From assembly GCA_964645485.1 (NCBI GenBank), contig CAZXZO010000012.1, positions 1 to 36,775 of the forward strand: 36,775 nucleotides of DNA, written 5' to 3'. This document shows positions 10,222 through 19,700 of the stretch, piece after piece. Every line of letters begins with the position of its first letter. The first letter of the stretch is position 1. The notes beneath the pieces were generated by a model. It had not been told where the DNA came from. It saw only the letters and a list, made by a program, of their open reading frames with translations, and searched no databases. The stretch comes from an uncultured Candidatus Poseidoniales archaeon (lineage in GTDB: Archaea; Thermoplasmatota; Poseidoniia; Poseidoniales; Thalassarchaeaceae). Made by a program: the position numbers and the translations under genes.

Positions 10222-11997
10222 ATGCAATGTACATTCTGCTCAAATGAAGTCGAACTTTCCGACACTGAGGTGGCTGGCGATTCCACTTGCGCATGTTGTG
10301 AAATGGTGTTATCACACGTCTGTAAAGTGGATCGACAATTTCGTCCCAACGATGCATCAATTGCAATCGTTCGTGCTACACTTGAAGGGGTTGACAAAAG
10401 TGATGGGGCGGCGGTTTGGGATGCATTGATTGGCGCTGGACCTAGTATTGCAAATGTTCCTGCTTTGCAACCGAGTAAGAAACCGCGCAAACTCTCACGC
10501 TCTAAATTATCAAAATGGAAAAAGCATTATTCCGAATTTTTATCAAATACAGACAACATTTCCATAGAAAAATTGCCACTTCCCGGTGGTAAGAAAATGT
10601 CGGTGCATACACATGGAGACATCTTTGGAGAACGGAACCATTCATGGTGTCAAGAACCCCTTGCAGATCTAGCCGAGTATTTCATTAATTCAGATGGTTC
10701 TTCAACAGAGTTCTCAAATTGGTTCGAATTGACCCAACTTCTCAAAGTTACAACCCAATGTTTCTCCAACAATGAAATATCAATTCATTCTTGGTTTCAG
10801 AATGGCTTCACAGAATGCTTACCACCTACATTTGAGAGTAGTGATGTTGAATTAATGTTTAATTTTGACCCACCCTACTTGAGAGTAGGAAGGACTCATC
10901 CATTCATTTGCTACGCAACAACATTAGTTGACACTAATCTGTCAAGTCTATTCTGCCAAAAAAATTCAGAACATCTACCAAAAATGTGGCCAAAAGCGGA
11001 GCGTCAACTTGGCAGCATAGCAACTAGTTGGAGAGAAATTCTTGAATCGGATTCCATGAATCATGCACGGAAATCTATCCAAGGACCATCATTAGTTGTA
11101 TTCCAACAGAGATTGCATTTAGTTGTGCGTGGGAAAGATGGTTATTCACTCAAGTCATTACCCCAGAACATGGATGTGTGGCGTCATTTAATCGGTTGGT
11201 CACTATACCATCCAAGTACTGAACAGAATAACTACCTAAGGGCAATTCAATGGATAATTGATTGCGACGATGCTACTGCATACATCGGTCCCAAACCAGA
11301 ATTTAGAGCCTTGTCTTTACTTTCCCAAACCTGTGAATCATTGGGTGAGTCAGTCTCTCAGTCTAAGAATGATGGTTTCATTGTCGAGGGTACCTCATCG
11401 CTGTGGTATTCGGTTCGTCCAACAAGAACCGCAACAGATTCAGCAATAGAAGTCCATGCCTTTAGGAATAAAAAATCGGCACAGTCATGGAAAAAACCAA
11501 TCAAAATCTGTATCCAGTTAATTGAACATGGCTTCCATGAGTATCCACTCGCAGACATGTTAGCGGCATATCTTCTAACGCTTAGAAACGACCAAGGAAG
11601 TGCTGATAATGTCGCTACATTACTCAATCTTCATCAAACCTGGTTTGAAAACACGAAAGGAAAGAGTGCTAAAGATTGGTCCGAAATGGCTAAAATTCAT
11701 CCATATGGATTCCATGTGGATGACGATTATGATGATTGGGACGAAGAGTGGGAGGATGAAATGTTCGATGTTGATGATGAAACCGAACCCCAATATGGAA
11801 TCGAGTTAGAAGAACAGAATCGCCTTCTCTTTGAGTGGTTAGAGTCAAGCGACAACGACCCTGCATGGATAGTTTCCTTGGATGAAGGTTTAGAGAAAGA
11901 ACAGGGTGAAGAAGGGCAGGTTACGAATGAAGAAGATGTTTGGAAATACGAAGCTGATGCCAGAGGTGAAACTCATTGTATTAGAAGCCAAACTTGA
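10222..11997 (+). CDS. Hypothetical protein with N-terminal Zn-finger-like Cys motifs, a domain shared with the downstream gene, and an acidic tail
   Basis: 591-aa ORF: CTFC...CACC at the N-terminus, clear similarity to 12084..14102, and a D/E-rich C-terminus. A TATA-like ATATAGG lies about 27 nt upstream. Confidence 0.8.
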   Translation: MQCTFCSNEVELSDTEVAGDSTCACCEMVLSHVCKVDRQFRPNDASIAIVRATLEGVDKSDGAAVWDALIGAGPSIANVPALQPSKKPRKLSRSKLSKWKKHYSEFLSNTDNISIEKLPLPGGKKMSVHTHGDIFGERNHSWCQEPLADLAEYFINSDGSSTEFSNWFELTQLLKVTTQCFSNNEISIHSWFQNGFTECLPPTFESSDVELMFNFDPPYLRVGRTHPFICYATTLVDTNLSSLFCQKNSEHLPKMWPKAERQLGSIATSWREILESDSMNHARKSIQGPSLVVFQQRLHLVVRGKDGYSLKSLPQNMDVWRHLIGWSLYHPSTEQNNYLRAIQWIIDCDDATAYIGPKPEFRALSLLSQTCESLGESVSQSKNDGFIVEGTSSLWYSVRPTRTATDSAIEVHAFRNKKSAQSWKKPIKICIQLIEHGFHEYPLADMLAAYLLTLRNDQGSADNVATLLNLHQTWFENTKGKSAKDWSEMAKIHPYGFHVDDDYDDWDEEWEDEMFDVDDETEPQYGIELEEQNRLLFEWLESSDNDPAWIVSLDEGLEKEQGEEGQVTNEEDVWKYEADARGETHCIRSQT

Positions 11998-12083
11998 TTG
12001 CTTCTTCCATGAATATATTGCATCCTTCAAAAAGGGTAACTAACAATTCAATTGTGAAGGGATTTCTCTTCGGTGGTTTTGAG

Positions 12084-14102
12084 ATGAGGAAATGTATTAC
12101 TTGTGCGGATGAATTGAGTATAGAGGATATTGGTTGGTGCAACCGGTGCGCTCAGTTTGCGCCACTCCTAGTTGGAACCGGATTTGAGGGCAGACCAAAT
12201 CTAAGAGCGAGACAATCCATCAATGAAGTGTTGACACCCAACCGACATAGAACGACCCACCCACGTTGGCGAGCGATACTTGAAAAATTTGACAATGGAG
12301 AAAGTGATTGGGCTTTCAATTCCCCTCGGACATTGGTGGATAAAAATGATCCTTGGTTTGTCGGTGATGAAAAAATAGAACAGCAACTTGAACAATTACG
12401 AAACAGTATTTGTACTCAAAATTATGATGAAAGCAATAGCAATCTATTGCTACAAAAAGGTATACCACTTCCAGATGGAAGCCATCTCTCTAAGATTTCC
12501 GATCTTTGGGCGATTGATGGTCGAATTTTGCCCGGCCATGTTCCTTCTAATCATCTGCTTAGAGCTTTGACTGGGAATTCAAAAGAGAAGGAGAGGTTCG
12601 AGAATTGTGATTGGAACCTTCTGCTTACAACTGTCTTAATTGTTGCAAACCGCCGAGTAGATAGACGCAATGTACGACGTGATTATCAACGCCGTCAGAT
12701 GGATAGAATGCAACGCATATTATTGCGTAGGGAACATCCTCCAGGACCTGCTTTATTTGAAGGCGCTGACCTGTTTTTGCGCTGGAATGCAGGTATGAAT
12801 CGCTTAGCAGCGAGAGCATTTGGTGGTCGTGAGCGGAATGTTATGCCTCCTTATTTTAATCAAATGGTAAACGAAGTTCGTGGAATTCGAACCGAAGAGG
12901 CTTGGGCTGAAATTGATTGGGAATCTCTAGAACCAAACAACCAATTGTGGGTCAATAGATGGCGAGAAATAATGGATGGTGGAACACCTTTTGCTATGAT
13001 GCGAAAATGGGCCGGTCCTTCACTTCGCATTCATAACGGAAAACTACAACTTAGAACAATCAAAAGTGGAAAATGGATCTGGTCACAAATTCCACCGTGG
13101 CCTCGGCTTTGGGCCCTGTTAACAAGTTGGGCTCTGTCACCTCCATCTTCTGATGAGCATCAACATCTCAGAGCATTACAATGGTGTTGGCATGAAAATG
13201 AAGGCGAATTGATGCCAGAAGAACCCGAATGCCGAGCCCTACTGTTATTGAGAGGTGTTTGTGATTCGGATGAAAGAATATCAGTTTCGACTAAAGGTGA
13301 ATTCCATATTACAATTGAAGGGACATCTGGCTTATTTTATTCGGTCGGCCCTGGGCCAGGGGCGCATGGTGCTAGATTTACCGTGGCTGGCTCCACTAGT
13401 CTAGAAGACCTTGAGAGCGGGAAGTCCATGCCATTATGTATCCATGAAAACGGGTCCTTCAAACAATTACCTGTTGGTGATGTTATCGCCAGTGTCCTTC
13501 TAACATTGATGGATGATTTGACATCTGCTAAGAAATTAGACCCACTTGCCAAATTCATTTCTGATAATGGATTGGGAGACAGGAGACCAAGGGCGGATAG
13601 AATTGAACCACACCTAGACGACCCGAGATGGTTAGAACTCCAACGTCGAGATTACAGGTATGACAGAGGACGCCACCGTGGCCGTTGGCTAAACATATTT
13701 CCAGCAGCATTTCGCGTCATGATAAACACACCAATAGGTGGCATTTTACGAATTCCTACCGAGACTCCAAATGCAGTCACTATTGATGGAACATTGGTTG
13801 CTTGGATTGTTCGTGACGAAGATGAATTAGACTTGGTAAAAGGGTTAGCTAGATTGACCGGATTCCGAAGAGAGGAAGGTCAAGAAGCAGGCGAATATGA
13901 AATTTTTACCAGGCATTACGCACCTGTTCAGGGTGTGAGGAGAGAACTTGTGGAAATGCTAGGTCCGTACGAAAGACGGCATGGTCGTCCAGGAGAACCA
14001 CCTTGGTGGAATCTTTTTCCCAACCCAATTGCACCAAATCAATTATTAGATCAATTGCCAAATCGATTGAATGCACCGATTGAGGATGGAATTGGATATT
14101 AA
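12084..14102 (+). CDS. Hypothetical protein with N-terminal Zn-finger-like motif; paralogue of the upstream gene
   Basis: Long ORF starting MRKCITC...WCNRC. ATG 12084 follows a GGTGGT element and places the Cys motif at the N-terminus as in the paralogue. The ORF track start is 11994. Confidence 0.8.
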   Translation: MRKCITCADELSIEDIGWCNRCAQFAPLLVGTGFEGRPNLRARQSINEVLTPNRHRTTHPRWRAILEKFDNGESDWAFNSPRTLVDKNDPWFVGDEKIEQQLEQLRNSICTQNYDESNSNLLLQKGIPLPDGSHLSKISDLWAIDGRILPGHVPSNHLLRALTGNSKEKERFENCDWNLLLTTVLIVANRRVDRRNVRRDYQRRQMDRMQRILLRREHPPGPALFEGADLFLRWNAGMNRLAARAFGGRERNVMPPYFNQMVNEVRGIRTEEAWAEIDWESLEPNNQLWVNRWREIMDGGTPFAMMRKWAGPSLRIHNGKLQLRTIKSGKWIWSQIPPWPRLWALLTSWALSPPSSDEHQHLRALQWCWHENEGELMPEEPECRALLLLRGVCDSDERISVSTKGEFHITIEGTSGLFYSVGPGPGAHGARFTVAGSTSLEDLESGKSMPLCIHENGSFKQLPVGDVIASVLLTLMDDLTSAKKLDPLAKFISDNGLGDRRPRADRIEPHLDDPRWLELQRRDYRYDRGRHRGRWLNIFPAAFRVMINTPIGGILRIPTETPNAVTIDGTLVAWIVRDEDELDLVKGLARLTGFRREEGQEAGEYEIFTRHYAPVQGVRRELVEMLGPYERRHGRPGEPPWWNLFPNPIAPNQLLDQLPNRLNAPIEDGIGY

Positions 14103-14188
14103 TCAAGATTATTTGGTTTTGAAATAGAAAAACCCAACTCAGTCCACAAACCGTTGCCTTGACATTGAATGACTATGTCGGCTACTTG

Positions 14189-15142
14189 ATGTCAACTCAG
14201 AACAGAACCCGATTAGTGGTGCTCAGTTTTGCATTATTGATGGTTCCAATTACAATTGCAGCGCCGACTCCTCTTCCAACAGCTGATTATGAGCAGGGTA
14301 TTTTTGGAGGTATTACTATCGATGTATCTAACCAAACAGATGTGTCAACAGAAGCATCTATGGCGAATTATCCTTCAATCGCTGAAGTTTATACTGCAAC
14401 ATGGTGTGAAAACTGTGTCCCTGCTGAAGAGGGATTATATGCGGCAATTGCCGAATCCCCCAGTGATACCACTGTCCTAACTTTCCACCGTTTTTTGGGT
14501 GAAGTAGAAGATCCATTTGGAGTAGAATCAGCCGACCATCGTTGGGAAACAAGATATGGTCAAGCATCAAAGAATTCCGTTGGAATAATGCGCGCTCCTC
14601 CGACCATGATAATCAATGGTGAAATAATGCATGCTGGAAGCGGTGGTTTAGAGAAGGAACAATTGAAGCCATATTTCGCAGATTCACTCGCCCAACCATC
14701 TCAATTCTCTCAAAGATCGGCTACTTCATCACTCTCTTGGTCTAGTGAGGACATGGCAAATGGCACCATCACATGGGCCCTTGAAGCAAGTGATTGGCTA
14801 CCAGAATCTACTACTTCGTTGATTTTTGTTGTTGAGGCTAGTGCCACATTTGAAGAAGGGTCGAATGGTTTGGGAGATTATCATGATGTGGTACGTGATA
14901 TGATTGAGTTAGATGGTAATTCAGGTTCCATGAATTACACTCTTCCAGCAGCATGGGATGGTGACGACATTTCTCTCGTGTTGGTACATCAGTGGGATAT
15001 CCATCTAGAAGATTCTTGCTGTGATGTTAACCCTCCAGATGATGATGGCTTTTTTGGCTTACCAGCAATCGGAGTGATGTGGGTAGTTGTTGGTCTAGCA
15101 GGGGCAGCATTAGTGGTGAGTACCACTAACCGAGAAACTTAG
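14189..15142 (+). CDS. Secreted or surface thioredoxin-like (CxxC) protein with C-terminal membrane anchor
   Basis: N-terminal signal-like hydrophobic segment, EVYTATWCENC, RAPPTMIING, and a C-terminal D-rich linker followed by GFFGLPAIG and a TM helix. Confidence 0.7.
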   Translation: MSTQNRTRLVVLSFALLMVPITIAAPTPLPTADYEQGIFGGITIDVSNQTDVSTEASMANYPSIAEVYTATWCENCVPAEEGLYAAIAESPSDTTVLTFHRFLGEVEDPFGVESADHRWETRYGQASKNSVGIMRAPPTMIINGEIMHAGSGGLEKEQLKPYFADSLAQPSQFSQRSATSSLSWSSEDMANGTITWALEASDWLPESTTSLIFVVEASATFEEGSNGLGDYHDVVRDMIELDGNSGSMNYTLPAAWDGDDISLVLVHQWDIHLEDSCCDVNPPDDDGFFGLPAIGVMWVVVGLAGAALVVSTTNRET

Positions 15143-15174
15143 GATAAATCCTAACTCGGTACTTGTTCCATCTC

Positions 15175-16218
15175 TCAAGCAGAATTTGCTTTACCTGTGT
15201 AATTCTTGATGAATTGTTTCTTTGTCATCCCGTGGTGCTCGCCCTTCAGTCTTGAGTTCACTCCTCCGACAGTGAGATTGTAAATCTCTTCAGCGATACT
15301 TTTTTTGGTCATTTTGACATCATCAAATAGTTCAATTCCACAAATAGTCACCATTGCTAGAAGCATTCGAGGTTTTTCTTGGGCTAGAGGCCCCTCGCCG
15401 TTAGCATCTAGGACTTGAATTCTCTCATTGAACCACTTTAGTAACTTTTCAGCATGCTCGATTTGGTGTTGTCTGATGAACTCTCTCAACTTCTGCTCAA
15501 ATGCATCTATCGTGTCTTTTCGCAAATTTTGCATCCCAACACGCGGGTCAATTGAGCCAGGCACACGGTCTCGGAAGAGATTAACTAGACGAGTTCTGAT
15601 CAGTTTTACCGTCTCAGTAACATCATTTCTGTCAAGTCCAAGTCTATCTGCATCTTGTTGCCAATATTGGTAAGGAATCTTTCCAAGTTCAGATATCATT
15701 CTCATCGTTGCAATTGCGCTGACTCTAATGATGTAGGTTGCATCCTTGCCCTTATCCTTTGGTTTGGAACCAATAAAACGCATTTGATTGAGTGGTAATT
15801 TACCGTGGCCATCACCTTCGCCTTCTTTGGTGAAGCACTTTGTTAGAATTGGAATGGCGGCTCTTGCAACATTCTCAGAACCAGAAATTCGTCTGATTTC
15901 ATCGAGGATATCATTAGCTCGAACATTTCGTTGAGAGTGTGCTCTTTGGTCTGGTCTGATAATATTACCAAGTCCGTTTCTTCGGGCTTCACCTCTGTCA
16001 AAATGGGTTCGTCTAGTGGTTCTACCACCCACACTGTCATTTCTTTGCGCACTCATGTGTGCATTCTCGCCAACCTGGCCACTTGGGTGCCCAGCGTCAA
16101 TTTGATTATCATCAAGCACGAAGCCACATTCGTTGCAAACTACCTCGCCGCGATTCTCATCGTGGTCAAGGTCTCTGCTGCTACATTCTGTACATCTTGC
16201 CATATTATTTCCGGTCAT
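15175..16218 (-). CDS. Divergent transcription factor B (TFB/TFIIB)-like protein
   Basis: TFIIB Zn ribbon CTEC...RGEVVCNECGFVLDDNQID. The helical body ends in an HTH-like SIAEEIYNLTVGGVNSRLK reminiscent of the last helices of TFB cyclin repeat 2. GGAG lies upstream of ATG 16218; alternative start at 16203. Confidence 0.7.
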   Translation of the reverse strand: MTGNNMARCTECSSRDLDHDENRGEVVCNECGFVLDDNQIDAGHPSGQVGENAHMSAQRNDSVGGRTTRRTHFDRGEARRNGLGNIIRPDQRAHSQRNVRANDILDEIRRISGSENVARAAIPILTKCFTKEGEGDGHGKLPLNQMRFIGSKPKDKGKDATYIIRVSAIATMRMISELGKIPYQYWQQDADRLGLDRNDVTETVKLIRTRLVNLFRDRVPGSIDPRVGMQNLRKDTIDAFEQKLREFIRQHQIEHAEKLLKWFNERIQVLDANGEGPLAQEKPRMLLAMVTICGIELFDDVKMTKKSIAEEIYNLTVGGVNSRLKGEHHGMTKKQFIKNYTGKANSA

Positions 16219-16424
16219 ATTTCTATCTCCTTTTGTTGGTCAACCAATAATCTGGGCTGAAGTTAGTCATGTGTTTATCCGTTCTTGTTAACAATATCTG
16301 ATTTACTCATTGTTGATTATTATCGCTGTGCAGATGACGGATAAACTCTGTTTTTACCTCTAGGCTCCCGATTCTTAGTCTATTACCGCTGTATTAGTGG
16401 ACACTCTTAAAGGCACCGGTTTCA

Positions 16425-16445
16425 GAACATGAATGATTCATGTTC
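16425..16445. promoter_or_regulatory. Perfect 9-bp inverted repeat GAACATGAA-tga-TTCATGTTC, a candidate operator
   Basis: Read directly. It lies about 18-38 nt downstream of the CTTAAAGGC box at 16406, overlapping the expected start site, in the divergent intergenic region. Confidence 0.5.
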
Positions 16446-16700
16446 AAAAGGAGGCAGTACTCTGGTGAGTGGTTGAGATATTGTTGGAATCTTAATTGGT
16501 TGCCTAATGCCACATCATCCCGGAGCAGTAACATCCTGAAATTCAAGGTCCTTAAAGAATTCGCAAATTGAAGGTAGATGTAATTTTCTTTGGGGTTCAT
16601 ATAGGTGGGAAGTCACGACCGAAAGGACTCGAGTGATATCGCCGGTTAAACCTTCAAGAACCGTCACACTCGCATTGGTAAGGCAAGGGGGTATAGAGTA

Positions 16701-19700
16701 GTGCAGGAAAAGAGTAGCAGTCCTACAATTACGATGGAAGAGATTCCACCGGCACATGTTCCAGAATGGCTTTCTTTACATTTCGAAGAACAAATGCAAG
16801 ACCCTAGGTCACTTAACCGTGGGGGTCCAGCACAACTCCTCACAATTCACCCAACAGAGTCTGCTCGCCGAGCTACTTTGAACAACTTAGCCAAAGGGGG
16901 AAAGAAGGATGGTCCGATTGATCGTACAATTCATCACACCTTGGATAGTTTAGTCTCTTCACTTCATGCCGAGTTGAGGCTCCCCAGATTATTGCCTGCT
17001 GGCGGGCCATTCTCTATACTACTACACGCGGAGTGTAAAAAAGCAGCAAAGGCTCTTCAATTTCCACTAATGCATAGCCTTCCAGACCAGCACTGGGGCC
17101 GAGGAAAGAGCCGTGACCTAAGCAACCTAAATCATAGTTTAAAAGAAGAATTAGTCACCTCAAAAGCCTCCCCTGATTTACAATCATTTCGCAAATTACT
17201 GACCGGATTATCAAACAAATTAGGTGGCATGCACGGTGATGAGCAACTTTCTGAATTAGTTAACATTTTAGAGAAAATTAACGATTCAGACGTCCCATTT
17301 GGTCTGTCAAGGATTGATGGTATTATTCTCCTTGACCACCCACCAACAGTTTCTCCATTGCGCCAGCGATTAATACTCTCATTGGCTCGCTTCAAACCTC
17401 TGCATGTTCTCGCTAATTCAGGCAGTCATCGACTTGGAGTACATGGATTTGTTCCTAATGATATATCGGCAATCCGTGATAGTGCTGACTTACCCGATTG
17501 GATTCCCGACCACTCTCCTTTTTCACGTTCTCAACTTAGCAATATTGAGGAACAGAAAAAACAGCCGATTAGAATGTTGATACCTAGAATTGAGAGGTCA
17601 ATCCAATCTACGCATGCATTGATAGATTCTGCAATTAATTCAGAGTCGCCTCCAGATTCAATTCTAATTATTGACCCATCTGCAGAATCAAATCATGATA
17701 TTTGGTCTGCAATGCTCAAGTCATTTGGATTCCATCTACCTATTCGCTCAGCTCCTCTGAAGGAGAGTCCAGGTGTACATTGGTTATCAGCGATGATCTC
17801 CTTAGGTCATTTCGAGGACGCGTGGTCTTTGCCACAACTTCGTGCATTAGCAGTCCAACAAACTCTTCAATTTGAGGAAGAATGGATGACTGCAAGTCAG
17901 CATCCAACAATTGCTGACTTAACTCCATACCCTGATGTTGAAATCCTTGAGCAGGTATCTCGGGGCTTCCATTTACTTGGTGGACAAGGTGCCTTGTTCC
18001 GTTGGTTACATGCCTTGGCAAGAAAGCCAATTGCTAACTCATATCAAAACGAGGAGGACTTGTGCCGACGCCATGAGTCTACTCAATGGTGGTTACTTTG
18101 TCTTGCTAACCGTTTACGTCCTTTGTTATCTTCTATTGATGTGAGCGCATTAGATGCTTCATTGGTATCTATTGGGTGTTTTAGCGGTGAGAGATTACCA
18201 ATTCCAGAGCCAGCACAAAGTGGAGATGAATGGTTCAATCAGTTCGGTAGCATGTTGCATTGGCATTTGCTGACTAGCAATCTTGATGGTGGTGTGAACA
18301 GAACAATCTCCGGCTTGCAGAAGTTGTTTGACAGCCATACCACACTAAGGAAATCTCAGCGATTGCTGGGTCATTCCCAACCTGTTACAGGGCTTGATTG
18401 GGTTGATGAACTTCTTACTCTCATAGATTCTTCATCATTATCAGGGAAGCAAGTCGCTTCTTCCAAACTAAAACTGCTGACTCCAGATGAAGCATTAGGG
18501 TGCTCTGCTGATTTAGTAATGCTCACCCATCTAGATTCTGAATCATGGAACACATCCCCACCTTCTATTTCCGGTCTTTCCGAGTCTGAACGTTCTGAAT
18601 TAGGAGTCTTACCTCCAGATAATCGTTTACGTGAATCCCGTCACTGCTGGAATCATTTACTCAGTTGCGGATCTGAGGTTATTGTTCTAGACGCACATGA
18701 TGATGATTCAGCACAACCCTCGACTCCATTATCAGAATGGTTGGCGGCAACAAAATGGGACCCTGCTTCCCCTCCCAGTCTCCCTGATTTCATTCCACCA
18801 GGAGATGTTTTCAGAATGGATGGTGGCAAAGAAAGTCGATGGGGACTTTCCTTCATTGAAGGTGAAGGCCCGTTTCTTTGTGCTAGACCATCAGACATCA
18901 TCAGTAGTGGGGATGGCAGATTTGAATTAGTGGTCACGGGTAACCATCAGCGAGATCATCGTCAGAGGGATGGAATCGAAATTCATAATGCAAGATATCC
19001 GATGCAAGAACCACTCAATCCTAGTGCAATCACGATTCCTCTTGATGCAACGTTAGTGGAAGATAGAATTTCTCGCCAACCAAGAATAGGTAGCGAGGAG
19101 CAACCCTATCTTGATAGTAATAAGACTGGCGAGATTGTAACTGTTGATGAATTGAAAATGACACCAACTTCTAGGGGACCAAAGGTATCACCACCACGTC
19201 TGAATCCCTCTTGGCCAACCATTGGTTTGAAGGTCAAATCAAGCAAGGCGATGTCGATAGATCCTCGTCCGTTGAGGCCCAATGCAACTGGAATAAATGA
19301 CCATGATTTACGGCATGGGTTTAGTGGGGGACCATCTAGGAAAACCAAAATTTGGTCTCCAAGTAGGCTTTCTCAATGGTTATCTTGCCCTCGTAAAGGT
19401 TGGCTTTCGACGAGGCTACGCGCTGAGGGTGATGATGATGAAGATGATGATGTTGATGTGAGAACTCGTGGTTTGCTCATTCATGAAGTTTGGGCAGACT
19501 TCATCTGTGAATTCTTAGGGATGGAAGTAGCAATTGAGCGAGACAATCTCACTCCACATTCACTTGGGGCGGCTAGAATTGATGAGTCATCTCTACGTAC
19601 TCGCTTATTGGAATTGATTGATGAGAGGGCACCGTGGTTACGCCATTCTGATGCAATTGCAACGGTGCGCCGACTTGATCTTGTAGGACTCGATCTTGAA

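Noticed and set aside
15139-15154. TTAGGAT-aa-ATCCTAA inverted repeat between convergent genes
   Set aside because: It is short and AT-rich, overlaps a stop codon, and could easily be chance.
16430-16700. SRP RNA or RNase P RNA in the long intergenic region
   Set aside because: It lacks the SRP helix 8 CAGG-GNRA-AGCAG arrangement and the RNase P GAGGAAAGUCC and 3' conserved motifs, and it is not GC-rich.
16394-16757. Small minus-strand ORFs (16394..16600, 16515..16757) in the divergent gap
   Set aside because: They have no homology cues or ribosome-binding site, one overlaps the addB start, and I cannot support them as genes.
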